IMG/VR virus record: IMGVR_UViG_3300008110_000717
Span: 1-62,154 of that record
Length of the DNA: 62,154 bases
Strand: one strand, 5' to 3'
Origin: a virus
Taxonomy: Duplodnaviria > Caudoviricetes
Below the pieces are notes generated by a model. The model ran no database searches, was not told where the DNA came from, and saw only the letters and a list, made by a program, of their open reading frames with translations. The position numbers were made by a program, and so were the translations under genes. This document shows, piece by piece, positions 54,060 to 62,154 of the stretch (position 1 is the stretch's first letter; every line of letters starts with the position of its first letter).

Positions 54060-54631
54060 TGGGAGCGGACACTCTGTACTACGTAAAAGTTCCGATCGTT
54101 AGTTATCGGTGGGAAAAGGTGTACGCGGGTACACCATTGCCAGCACAGTTTTCTTTTATACAGGACACGCTCGATGCGCTAAACAGCAAGCCCGGACGTA
54201 AGCTATGTGAGCATCAGATGGCGTTGACGATAGACCTTAACCCGTGCGGCTGGAAAGATGAGGCTGTATGGGTAAGAGGTATCGCTGATTTATTAATTGT
54301 GGATGATGACAACCTTACTGCGTGGGTTGTTGACTACAAGACAGGTAACAACAAGTACCCAGACCGTGAGCAACTAAAGCTGATGGCCTTGATGGTGTTT
54401 GCGCACTTCCCGCACATTAGAAAAGTTAATGCTGCGCTGTTGTTTGTGGTGAAGAATGATTTAGTTAAGTTCTCCATGACGGTGGATGAGAAAGACCCGG
54501 CATGGTGGGACTACAGAGAACGCATTGCACGTATCGAGCAAGCGTATGACACAGGCGTGTGGAACCCAAGACCTTCTCCACTATGCCCGTGGTGTCCAGT
54601 AACTACGTGCGAATTTCAATCCAGAAAATAG
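54059..54631 (+). CDS. Cas4-like PD-(D/E)XK exonuclease with an atypical N-terminus
   Basis: RGIADLL, VDYKTG, QLKLMA, C-terminal CPWC..C. Confidence 0.8.
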   Translation: MGADTLYYVKVPIVSYRWEKVYAGTPLPAQFSFIQDTLDALNSKPGRKLCEHQMALTIDLNPCGWKDEAVWVRGIADLLIVDDDNLTAWVVDYKTGNNKYPDREQLKLMALMVFAHFPHIRKVNAALLFVVKNDLVKFSMTVDEKDPAWWDYRERIARIEQAYDTGVWNPRPSPLCPWCPVTTCEFQSRK

Positions 54632-54640
54632 GAGAGGTGC

Positions 54641-54856
54641 ATGGACTGGAAACCTGAAGAGAGCGATTGGTTGTGCATTCACGCACCGCGTAAGGAATGG
54701 CGTAACCGTTTGCCAATAAAAATAACCGTTGTTCGCGCATTTGGGCGCAAAGCAGCGCTTGCAAAATTTATTCCGTTTCACCCTAACGATCCAGAAACAA
54801 AGCACTACAACAAACCGTACGCATTGTTGCACCACGGAACCCACTTTATAGGATAA
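54641..54856 (+). CDS. Hypothetical protein
   Basis: SD AGGAG. Confidence 0.55.
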   Translation: MDWKPEESDWLCIHAPRKEWRNRLPIKITVVRAFGRKAALAKFIPFHPNDPETKHYNKPYALLHHGTHFIG

Positions 54857-54861
54857 CTACT

Positions 54862-55092
54862 ATGCCACGAGACTACAAAGCTGAGTATCAGAATTTTCAT
54901 GGTAAGCCAGAAGAAATTAAGAAACGAGGCGAGCGTGTAAAAGCACGACGCATGATGGAGAAGACAGGCGCAGTAACAAAAGGCGACGGTAAAGATGTAG
55001 ATCACAAGACACCGCTGCGTTCAGGCGGCACAACAACGAAGTCCAACTTACGAGTGCGTAGCGTCAAGGCCAATAGGGGTGATAACAAATGA
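54862..55092 (+). CDS. HNH endonuclease, small
   Basis: DVDHKTPL..GG...NLRV....NR. Confidence 0.8.
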   Translation: MPRDYKAEYQNFHGKPEEIKKRGERVKARRMMEKTGAVTKGDGKDVDHKTPLRSGGTTTKSNLRVRSVKANRGDNK

Positions 55093-55253
55093 CATTTGAA
55101 CAGTGGTGGGAGTCCCTCAGTGAGTCAGAGAAAAAGTTTTTAGGTATCCACAACGCTCGCTATTGTTGGTTAGAGGGGCACAAGTGTGGATACAGTAAAG
55201 GATATAAAGATGCGAAAGACATCATAACTGGAGAAGTAGATGCAAATAATTGA
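55089..55253 (+). CDS. Small hypothetical protein, 54 aa
   Basis: MTFEQWWES...; ATGA-coupled to the HNH gene. Confidence 0.55.
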   Translation: MTFEQWWESLSESEKKFLGIHNARYCWLEGHKCGYSKGYKDAKDIITGEVDANN

Positions 55254-56802
55254 AAACAAAGCGTTGCTGTTTCGCACTCGCAACCCAGATAAGTATCGCG
55301 TAATTCCTAAACATAAGGTGGTGAACAGACATGACGATGGCTCGACAGAGATTGCTGTCTATTGGGGACTCGACGAAGCTAGGGTTCTTAAAAATCTCGG
55401 TGTTAAAAACGTTCCTTCACCTATCACGAAGAGGTACAACTGGCCGGGCAAATACAAACCGATGGCGCATCAGATTGAGACAGCGGCTTTTCTCACTCTC
55501 AATAAGAAGGCTTTCGTTTTTTCGGAGCCGGGTACTGGTAAGACCCTCTCGGCGCTTTGGGCAGCAGACTACTTGATGACACGCGGCGATGTGCGCCGCT
55601 GTTTAATTCTTTGTCCGTTGTCGATCATGCAGTCAGCATGGATGGGTGACTTGAACAGCAGCATCATTCATCGCTCTGCCGTTGTAGCGCACCACTCTCA
55701 AGCTAGTCGCCGCATCGAGATGGTTCAGCAAAGTTATGAGTTCGTCATTACCAACTACGACGGGTTGAACTTAATTGCGGACGAAGTAGTCAATGACGGT
55801 AGGTTTGATCTCATCATTGTTGACGAAGCCAATGCGTACAAAACCATCACAACGAAACGATGGAAGGCATTGAAGTCGTTAATAACACCAACGACACATC
55901 TGTGGATGATGACGGGTACGCCTGCATCACAGTCACCAGCAGACGCGTATGGCTTGGCGCGTTTAGTTAATCCTGAAGGCATACCGAAGTTCTTCACAGG
56001 CTGGCGTGACAAGGTGATGCAGAAGCTCACGCAATTTAAATGGGTTGCCAAAGCATCAGCAGCAGACGAAGTACATCGCGCCTTACAGCCAGCGATACGG
56101 TTTACTAAAGCGCAGTGCCTTGATTTACCGCCCGTGCTGACAATGACGCGTGAGGTTCCGCTAACACCACAGCAAGCCAAGTACTACAACTTGTTGAAAG
56201 AACGCATGATGGTCAAGGCCGCAGGCGAAACAATCACTGCGGTGAATGCCGCTGCTGGAGTATCTAAACTGTTGCAAATATCGTGCGGCGCAGCATACAC
56301 AGACGATAAAGAAATTGTGACGTTTGATTCAGCCCCACGACTAGCGGTGCTGGAAGAAATCCTTGAAGAAACTAGCCGCAAAGTTATTATCTTTGCTTTA
56401 TTTAGAAGCACCATTGACAGCATACACACGCACTTACTAAAGAAAAATGTGACTGCCGAATGTATCCACGGAGATGTACCGCCTAGTAAACGCGCAGATA
56501 TTATTCGTCGCTTCCAAGTAGAGAAAGACCCACGCGTATTAGTTATGCAACCACAAGCGAGTGCGCATGGAATCACACTGACGGCGGCTGATACGGTTGT
56601 CTTCTATGGTCCATTGATGTCCGTTGAGCAGTACACACAGTGCATAGCCCGTGCAGATAGGAAGGGTCAAGACTCCGACAAAGTAACGGTTGTGCACATA
56701 GAAGGCTCACCGATTGAGAAGAAAATGTTTAAAGCTTTGCAACTAAAAGTGACCGACCACGCATTGCTTACGCAATTATTCAACACTGAAATAAATTCTT
56801 GA
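55240..56802 (+). CDS. SNF2-like superfamily 2 helicase
   Basis: PGTGKT, VDEA, MTGTP, GITLTAA, QCIARADRKGQ. Confidence 0.9.
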   Translation: MQIIENKALLFRTRNPDKYRVIPKHKVVNRHDDGSTEIAVYWGLDEARVLKNLGVKNVPSPITKRYNWPGKYKPMAHQIETAAFLTLNKKAFVFSEPGTGKTLSALWAADYLMTRGDVRRCLILCPLSIMQSAWMGDLNSSIIHRSAVVAHHSQASRRIEMVQQSYEFVITNYDGLNLIADEVVNDGRFDLIIVDEANAYKTITTKRWKALKSLITPTTHLWMMTGTPASQSPADAYGLARLVNPEGIPKFFTGWRDKVMQKLTQFKWVAKASAADEVHRALQPAIRFTKAQCLDLPPVLTMTREVPLTPQQAKYYNLLKERMMVKAAGETITAVNAAAGVSKLLQISCGAAYTDDKEIVTFDSAPRLAVLEEILEETSRKVIIFALFRSTIDSIHTHLLKKNVTAECIHGDVPPSKRADIIRRFQVEKDPRVLVMQPQASAHGITLTAADTVVFYGPLMSVEQYTQCIARADRKGQDSDKVTVVHIEGSPIEKKMFKALQLKVTDHALLTQLFNTEINS

Positions 56803-56809
56803 AAGGGGG

Positions 56810-56853
56810 TTGCATTCAAATCCAAACCGCAGTAATCTGTCAAACGCTAGACA
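56810..56853 (+). promoter_or_regulatory. Promoter TTGCAT-17-TAATCT with operator TGTCAA-ACGC-TAGACA over the start site
   Basis: Intergenic; same palindrome family as 40894 and 48418. Confidence 0.6.
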
Positions 56854-56873
56854 AACAATAATAGGAGAAGCAG

Positions 56874-57287
56874 ATGTCCGATACAGTCACAGAGCTTATT
56901 CCAATGGATAAGCTCGCAAAGATTTATCGCAAGATCAAGGAAGAAATTGATGTGCTGACAAAGGAGTACGACACCAAAGTCGAACTGCTCAAAGCACAGC
57001 AAGACGAACTTCGTTTTGCAATGAAAGACCAGATGAAAGCCCTCGGGGTCAAGTCTGTTAACACCACCTTCGGCACCGTGTCTATGATTAACAAGACGCG
57101 TTACAGCACAGATGATTGGGACTCGTTCAAGAAGTTTGTTGTTATGAACGACGTTGTTGATCTTCTGGAAAAGCGTATTGCTCAAACCAATATGGCTCGG
57201 TTCCTCGAAGAAAATCCCGGCAGTGTACCGCCCGGATTAAATGCCTTTTCTGATTTTGAAATCAGAGTTACTAAACCCTCTAAGTGA
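56874..57287 (+). CDS. Conserved replication-module protein
   Basis: Coiled coil followed by SVNTTFGTV..DWDSF..LLEKRI..PPGLN. Confidence 0.7.
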   Translation: MSDTVTELIPMDKLAKIYRKIKEEIDVLTKEYDTKVELLKAQQDELRFAMKDQMKALGVKSVNTTFGTVSMINKTRYSTDDWDSFKKFVVMNDVVDLLEKRIAQTNMARFLEENPGSVPPGLNAFSDFEIRVTKPSK

Positions 57288-57296
57288 GATTACGAT

Positions 57297-58241
57297 ATGT
57301 CAAATATAACGCTTTTTTCTTCCTCAAACGCTCCCGCATTTGCCCGCAATAACGCACTGTCTGAAACCGCTTTAGCTTTAACTGGCGGTGGTACTGGCAC
57401 CAGCACCAAGCGCATCTCCATTAAAGGCGGTGTGTTTCGTTTAGTAGCTGGCGGTAAAGAAGTTGCTGCGATTGATGATCGCCATCTGGACGTCATCATT
57501 GTTAAAGCTGCTCCCAAGGTCAGCCGTATTTTCTACGCTAAAGCGTACGACTCCGAGAACATCACAGGACCAGACTGCTGGTCTAACGATGGCGAGAAGC
57601 CTGATGCTACAGCACAGAACAAACAGTCGCAGACGTGCATTTCATGCCCACAGAATCAAGCAGGTTCGGGTCAGGGTAATAGCCGTGCATGTCGTTATCA
57701 GCAGCGTTTGGCAGTCGTGTTGGAGAGTAATCCTAATGGGGATGTATTGCAGTTGACGCTGCCAGCAACATCGGTGTTCGGTAAAGAAGACGGTGACAAG
57801 CGTCCTCTGCAAGCCTATGCACGTCATCTGGCACTTTCAAACCCGCCTGTTAATCCTGAACAGATCGTAACCCGTATGCGCTTTGATACGAAGGCCGAGT
57901 CGCCTAAGTTATTTTTCCAACCCCTGCGTTGGTTGACTGAAGACGAGTACGCCGTTGTGCAAGAGCAAGCTACCTCAACTGATGCGAGTCGTGCAGTGGT
58001 CATGACGGTTGCACAAACGGATGGCGTTAAGCAGTCTGCGCCTCTGTCGCTGCCCGGCAAGGCTCCTGTTGTTGAGGAAGAAGAGGAAGCACCGAAACCT
58101 AAAGCTGCGAAGAAGCCGAAGGTTGAAGTAGCCGACGCGGATGACGAGCCTGAAGTTCGCAAGGATTCAGCCAAGCCCACAGCCGTGCCAGAGAAGAAGT
58201 CGAAGCTGGCAGACATCGTGTCTGATTGGGACGACGAGTAA
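57297..58241 (+). CDS. Putative single-stranded DNA-binding/annealing protein
   Basis: RISIKGGVF, Cys cluster, flexible tail ending acidic-aromatic SDWDDE. Confidence 0.65.
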   Translation: MSNITLFSSSNAPAFARNNALSETALALTGGGTGTSTKRISIKGGVFRLVAGGKEVAAIDDRHLDVIIVKAAPKVSRIFYAKAYDSENITGPDCWSNDGEKPDATAQNKQSQTCISCPQNQAGSGQGNSRACRYQQRLAVVLESNPNGDVLQLTLPATSVFGKEDGDKRPLQAYARHLALSNPPVNPEQIVTRMRFDTKAESPKLFFQPLRWLTEDEYAVVQEQATSTDASRAVVMTVAQTDGVKQSAPLSLPGKAPVVEEEEEAPKPKAAKKPKVEVADADDEPEVRKDSAKPTAVPEKKSKLADIVSDWDDE

Positions 58242-58247
58242 AGCTAC

Positions 58248-58408
58248 GGGGGAAAGCGGATGCTGACCAGTTAGCTGAAATGCAAAGGCAGTGCAGCGAG
58301 TACCCCACCAAACAGCCCAGCCGGAGGTGGCGCATATAACACCGGCAGCGGGGGCTAGAGTTTCCTTTGGTTGTAGCTACACCTACTTTAGTGACCCCGC
58401 ACCTTTTT
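58248..58408 (+). ncRNA. Putative multi-domain structured RNA in the ssb 3' intergenic region
   Basis: Three consecutive stems; the first ends CCCC-ACCA, the third displays TTCCTTTGGTTG and is followed by a T-run. Confidence 0.55.
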
Positions 58409-58421
58409 ATAGGAGAAGCAA

Positions 58422-58682
58422 ATGTTTGATGGAAAAACATACAACGCAGAACGCGACAAAGATCGCTTAAAGACACAACTGTTTAATGTCTGGCGGCTAA
58501 TGAAAGACAGCCGTTGGAGAACGTTGGAGCAGATTTCAGAGAAGGTTGGTTGTCCTGAAGCAAGTGTAAGTGCAAGGCTTCGGGATTTCCGTAAACGCCA
58601 GTTCGGTAGCCATACAGTTGAACGCGAGTATGTGCGCCGAGGTTTATTCAAGTATCGACTTATACCCAATGAAGAACACTAA
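58422..58682 (+). CDS. Winged-HTH protein
   Basis: WRTLEQI...EASVSARLRDFRK..G. Confidence 0.7.
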   Translation: MFDGKTYNAERDKDRLKTQLFNVWRLMKDSRWRTLEQISEKVGCPEASVSARLRDFRKRQFGSHTVEREYVRRGLFKYRLIPNEEH

Positions 58683-58963
58683 TGGCCTATTCACAAAAAA
58701 TAATTGATTCAATTGCCGCCGCGCCTAAATCGTTGGGAAACCAGCTTGGGCGATGGGCAGTGCATTTAGATTTCCCAGTGACGAAGATTGCTTACGCACT
58801 TGGGGTCACAAGGCAGACAGTTTACAACTGGTTCATAGGCAAGACCGATGTGTTTATTGCTTACGAAGAGCGTGTGGACTTTCTATTAAAAATAATGAAG
58901 GCATCTAAAAGTGCCGATGAAGCATGGAGAAAAATATGTCAAGCGTACGGCCTGAAACCCTAA
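58682..58963 (+). CDS. Cro/XRE-type HTH regulator
   Basis: IAYALGVTRQTVYNWF. Confidence 0.8.
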   Translation: MAYSQKIIDSIAAAPKSLGNQLGRWAVHLDFPVTKIAYALGVTRQTVYNWFIGKTDVFIAYEERVDFLLKIMKASKSADEAWRKICQAYGLKP

Positions 58964-59136
58964 CCGATAAAGAACTATTAAAAGCAGGCTACATACTGTG
59001 GAGTGATGAAGCAGGGATGCCCGTTTTGTTTCAGAAAGAATTGTTAAAACGTTGCGCGGGGCTGCTGGATAAACTTGAGTTTAGTGGACTTAACAAGCAA
59101 CAAGAAGACCCCAAACAACTCCGCCTGTTCGATTAA
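58936..59136 (+). CDS. Hypothetical protein
   Basis: MSSVRPETLTDKELL...DPKQLRLFD; the QLxLF end resembles a sliding-clamp-binding motif. Confidence 0.6.
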   Translation: MSSVRPETLTDKELLKAGYILWSDEAGMPVLFQKELLKRCAGLLDKLEFSGLNKQQEDPKQLRLFD

Positions 59137-59151
59137 ATCCAAAGGAAGTAT

Positions 59152-62043
59152 ATGACTCCGCTTGAATTTCTAGCGGTTGTCTTGCCGTCTCCAGAGCACG
59201 GGTTGTATTGCGCTTGCGAATTGACGGACAAGAAAGAGCATATCTTTGTTGAAGACACCGCTGAGTTTTATCCCAAGGTTAATGCGTGGGTGGAGAATAA
59301 ATGCAATGTGTACTTTGCATTGGCTACGTTTGACGAAAAAGTTGCGCAGATTAAAGGCAATAAGGACAGACGCACGATTCCTAACTCGCGCTTTATCAAG
59401 GCATTGTTTCTTGATCTGGATGGGTATGAGTCAAAGAAAGCTGCGGCACAAGCGTTAAATCAATTCATGGCAAAGACGGGGCTTGACTTGCTCGGTACGC
59501 CTTGGATCGTTGCGTCTGGTGGCGGCTTGCATTGCTATTGGCCTTTGGAAGAAACCATCGAGGTCGCGGTGTGGAAGCCTGTTGCTGAAAACTTTAAGCG
59601 CCTGTGTGCGCAAGAAGAACTGCGCATTGATAATACCGTTACCGCAGACTCTGCAAGGGTGCTTCGTCTTCCTGAAACGTTTAACTTTAAAGAAAAGTAT
59701 GGTGCGCCGCGTGAGGTGCGCATACTAACCGAAGGAGACATATTTGATTTTGAAACGCTGGCCGAACACATCCGCAGTCAGTTAACAACACTACCACCAG
59801 TAACAACGAGCAACGTCATTGAGCTACCCGGAACGCGACCCGCTGCACCGTCGGCTACTAGCGTCAAACTGTTTGAGAATTCAGTGACGAAGTTTCGCAC
59901 CATCGTCGAAAAGACCAAGGCAGGTACAGGCTGCGGTCAACTTGCATACTACATAGAGAATGCACAAGAAGATGGTATGGAGCCGCTCTGGCGGGGGATG
60001 CTGTCGATTGCACAGAAGTGTGAAGAATCAGAGAAGGCGGTTGTGTGGCTGTCTCAGATGCACCCATACGATGAAGAGCGTATGCACACTAAGCTGCGGG
60101 AAATTAGAGGCCCTTACCCTTGCACTAAGTTCGACAGTGAGAATCCCGGCGTATGTACTAGCTGTCCTCACTGGGGCAAGATAACAAATCCGTTAGCGTT
60201 GGGCAGAGAGTACGCAGTCGAGACGCAAGAGAAGCACGTCGAGGTGCAGCTTGATAAGGAAATTAAAAAGATTCTGCGCCCTGAACCGCCACGGGGCTAT
60301 GCCTATGGTCAGAACGGTGGAGTGTTTATTGAGCGTGATGATGAGGATGCAGACGGCAATAAGATTAAGCGCCAGATAATGCTCTTGCCTTACGACTTGT
60401 TTCCTGTGGACATCTTAAATCAGAACGGCGAACACACTGTACACATGTTAGCTACTAGGAGAGAGGGTGCTCAGACCATAACGTTTCCACAGAAATGTGC
60501 AGTCAGTAAAGAAGAAACGTTGAAGCACTTAGCTACGCAGAACGTCATTGCATCTTTTGGGTCAGGCAACGATAAGAACTTGTTTGATTTTATTCGCGCT
60601 TGTGTAGAGAAGTTGTCGATGGATAAGGCCCCGATCAAAGTGCCGTCTAACTATGGTTGGCAGACTGATGATACGTATGTGTTTGCAGGCAAGATATTTT
60701 TCAAAGGCGGCAGCGTTGAAGTGCCTATGCCGGGGCTTGAGAATATTGTTATGCACACGAAGCCTACAGGTTCGTTGGATATATGGCGGCAGTTCGTCAA
60801 CATGATGATCCGAAAGAAAATGTGGGATCACTTAACCGTCACGATGATGAGTATGGCTTCACCTTTGATGCGCTTTACAGGCATCTATGGCTTAACGGTG
60901 CACTTGGGTTCTACTGAGTCAGGCACAGGTAAGACACTGGCGTTAGAAGCTGCGGCTTCTGTATGGGGGCATCCTGTTCACTACCGCACAGGTAAGGGCA
61001 CATCGCCTGTAGCTATGCAGCAGCGCATGGGTTTGTTAAACAGTCATCCGTTGGTAACAGACGAGATCACTGCTAAGAACCGTAAAGACTTTGAATGGTT
61101 CCCTGAGTTCTTGTTGGATAACACAGAGGGTCGTGGCAAGGAACGTATGGAGTCTGGGTCAAACAAAGAACGTTTGAACTTATCCACGTGGGCGTCCATG
61201 ACGTTCATGTCATCCAACACCCATGCCGTAGACTACCTGACAGGGGGACGTAAGCACTCCTCTGAGGGCGAACTTAGACGTTTGCTTGAGTTCATCATGG
61301 ATCAAGAACTTTCTTGGGAGCCACATGAGATTGAAATCATTAAGTCGTTGGCGAATAATTACGCGGTGGCAGGAGAAGCGTTCGTCAAGTTTATGGTTGA
61401 GAATGTCGAACTTCTGTCGCGTCTTGTCCCAGAAGTGGTAGCTGAGATGTACAAGGAGTTCAACGCTACCAATGACGAACGTTTCTGGATGGCAGGTATT
61501 GGATGCACAGCAGCCGCGTGTGTTCTAACTTCGGATAAGCATGCAGGTATTGTGAATGTACCGATTGACCCTATCCTCAAGTCACTAAAGAAAGTCGTTG
61601 CATTCATGCGCTCTAGTATAAAAGCCGGAAGCCGCACAGCTGAGGATGTACTAAACAGCTTTACACGTGAGTACTACGGTAGTTTGATCGTGGTGAAGTT
61701 CAATGCTGCTGATGGCGTTTTAGCTGAGTTAGGTAATGGCGGTGCGATTGATGCGTCAACTACTCGGTCACACGTTATGGGGCGCATCGAGCACGGCATA
61801 ACTCCGGGGTTCACTGATTACTTTATTGAGGAGCGTTTGCTAAAAGCATTCTGTTCTTCCATGAGTTTTGGTTACTCCGACTTTAAACGCCAGCTTGAGC
61901 TTATGTGTGCAGTTACGCATATGCCCAAGAAAGACATGATGGCAAAAACCAAAGGCCCGCAGATGCGTGTTCCCGTGCTGAAAATAACCCGCCGTATAGA
62001 TGAAGACGATCCTGAAAATCCGCTATCCTTGGTCGCAGCTTGA
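59152..62043 (+). CDS. Primase-helicase (AEP/RepB'-like primase, Cys cluster, DUF927-type helicase)
   Basis: LDLD, SGGGLHCYW, DSARVLRLP, C..CPH, Walker A ESGTGKT, Walker B VTDE. Confidence 0.85.
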   Translation: MTPLEFLAVVLPSPEHGLYCACELTDKKEHIFVEDTAEFYPKVNAWVENKCNVYFALATFDEKVAQIKGNKDRRTIPNSRFIKALFLDLDGYESKKAAAQALNQFMAKTGLDLLGTPWIVASGGGLHCYWPLEETIEVAVWKPVAENFKRLCAQEELRIDNTVTADSARVLRLPETFNFKEKYGAPREVRILTEGDIFDFETLAEHIRSQLTTLPPVTTSNVIELPGTRPAAPSATSVKLFENSVTKFRTIVEKTKAGTGCGQLAYYIENAQEDGMEPLWRGMLSIAQKCEESEKAVVWLSQMHPYDEERMHTKLREIRGPYPCTKFDSENPGVCTSCPHWGKITNPLALGREYAVETQEKHVEVQLDKEIKKILRPEPPRGYAYGQNGGVFIERDDEDADGNKIKRQIMLLPYDLFPVDILNQNGEHTVHMLATRREGAQTITFPQKCAVSKEETLKHLATQNVIASFGSGNDKNLFDFIRACVEKLSMDKAPIKVPSNYGWQTDDTYVFAGKIFFKGGSVEVPMPGLENIVMHTKPTGSLDIWRQFVNMMIRKKMWDHLTVTMMSMASPLMRFTGIYGLTVHLGSTESGTGKTLALEAAASVWGHPVHYRTGKGTSPVAMQQRMGLLNSHPLVTDEITAKNRKDFEWFPEFLLDNTEGRGKERMESGSNKERLNLSTWASMTFMSSNTHAVDYLTGGRKHSSEGELRRLLEFIMDQELSWEPHEIEIIKSLANNYAVAGEAFVKFMVENVELLSRLVPEVVAEMYKEFNATNDERFWMAGIGCTAAACVLTSDKHAGIVNVPIDPILKSLKKVVAFMRSSIKAGSRTAEDVLNSFTREYYGSLIVVKFNAADGVLAELGNGGAIDASTTRSHVMGRIEHGITPGFTDYFIEERLLKAFCSSMSFGYSDFKRQLELMCAVTHMPKKDMMAKTKGPQMRVPVLKITRRIDEDDPENPLSLVAA

Positions 62044-62154
62044 ACGAGGGCAGGGGTTCTTTGTGCCTTGTTTAGATACGGAGGCCGTTAAATTAGACGG
62101 CCTCCGTAAGGCGTTGGGTCACAGACTGTTTGATGCCAAAGCCAAGATAGGTAT
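62000..62154 (+). CDS. Small hypothetical protein, 63 aa, wraps the junction and ends at position 151
   Basis: ATG at 62000 gives MKTILKIRYPWSQLERGQGFFVPCLDTEAV...GRFGVWFYR, TAA at 149-151 after circularisation; absent from the ORF track. Confidence 0.7.
   Translation, partial: MKTILKIRYPWSQLERGQGFFVPCLDTEAVKLDGLRKALGHRLFDAKAKIG
62041..62154. repeat. Terminal direct repeat, right copy
   Basis: Identical to 1-114. Confidence 0.95.

Noticed and set aside
54059-54631. CRISPR-associated cas4
   Set aside because: Stand-alone Cas4-like nucleases are normal in phage replication modules; no cas1, cas2 or array.
58248-58310. Canonical tRNA gene
   Set aside because: About 62 nt, 4-5 bp closing stem, no TTC loop or 7-nt anticodon loop; kept only as a tRNA-like element.

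Overview
The window looks like one complete, circularly assembled ~62.04 kb tailed dsDNA phage genome. Bases 1-114 are identical to 62041-62154, and a small ORF reads through that junction. The gene set is podovirus-like: no tape measure or sheath, several large ejection proteins. A betaproteobacterial, probably aquatic, host is inferred only from the small-gene families. There are two opposed arms. The minus strand (40751->114) carries terS, terL, portal, GroES-like, scaffold, major capsid, small basic head proteins, adaptor/tail/fibre genes, lysis genes and ejection proteins. The plus strand (41211->62154/151) carries small early genes, a candidate origin, an M28 peptidase, VRR-NUC, PolA, a Cas4-like nuclease, HNH, an SNF2-type helicase, SSB, HTH regulators and a primase-helicase. 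No integrase, tRNA, CRISPR array or reverse transcriptase was recognised. The best candidate for an undescribed system is RNA-based translational control. An ~87-nt promoter- and terminator-bounded sRNA (40798-40884) shares a bidirectional promoter with the late operon. It carries CATTTGCTTCTCCTT, the exact complement of the AAGGAGAAGCAAATG SD-plus-start motif reused by many early and replication genes. A second structured RNA after ssb (58248-58408) displays the complement of the AACCAAAGGA motif of the earliest genes. Other highlights are repeated CGGGTCA-N3-TGACCCG palindromes between early genes, a symmetric nested inverted repeat (likely ori), a DDxxD prenyltransferase-like gene coupled to an ejection protein with a Trp-containing leader, and four apparent gene breakpoints that may be assembly deletions. 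Family names come from my own motif recognition; no searches were run.
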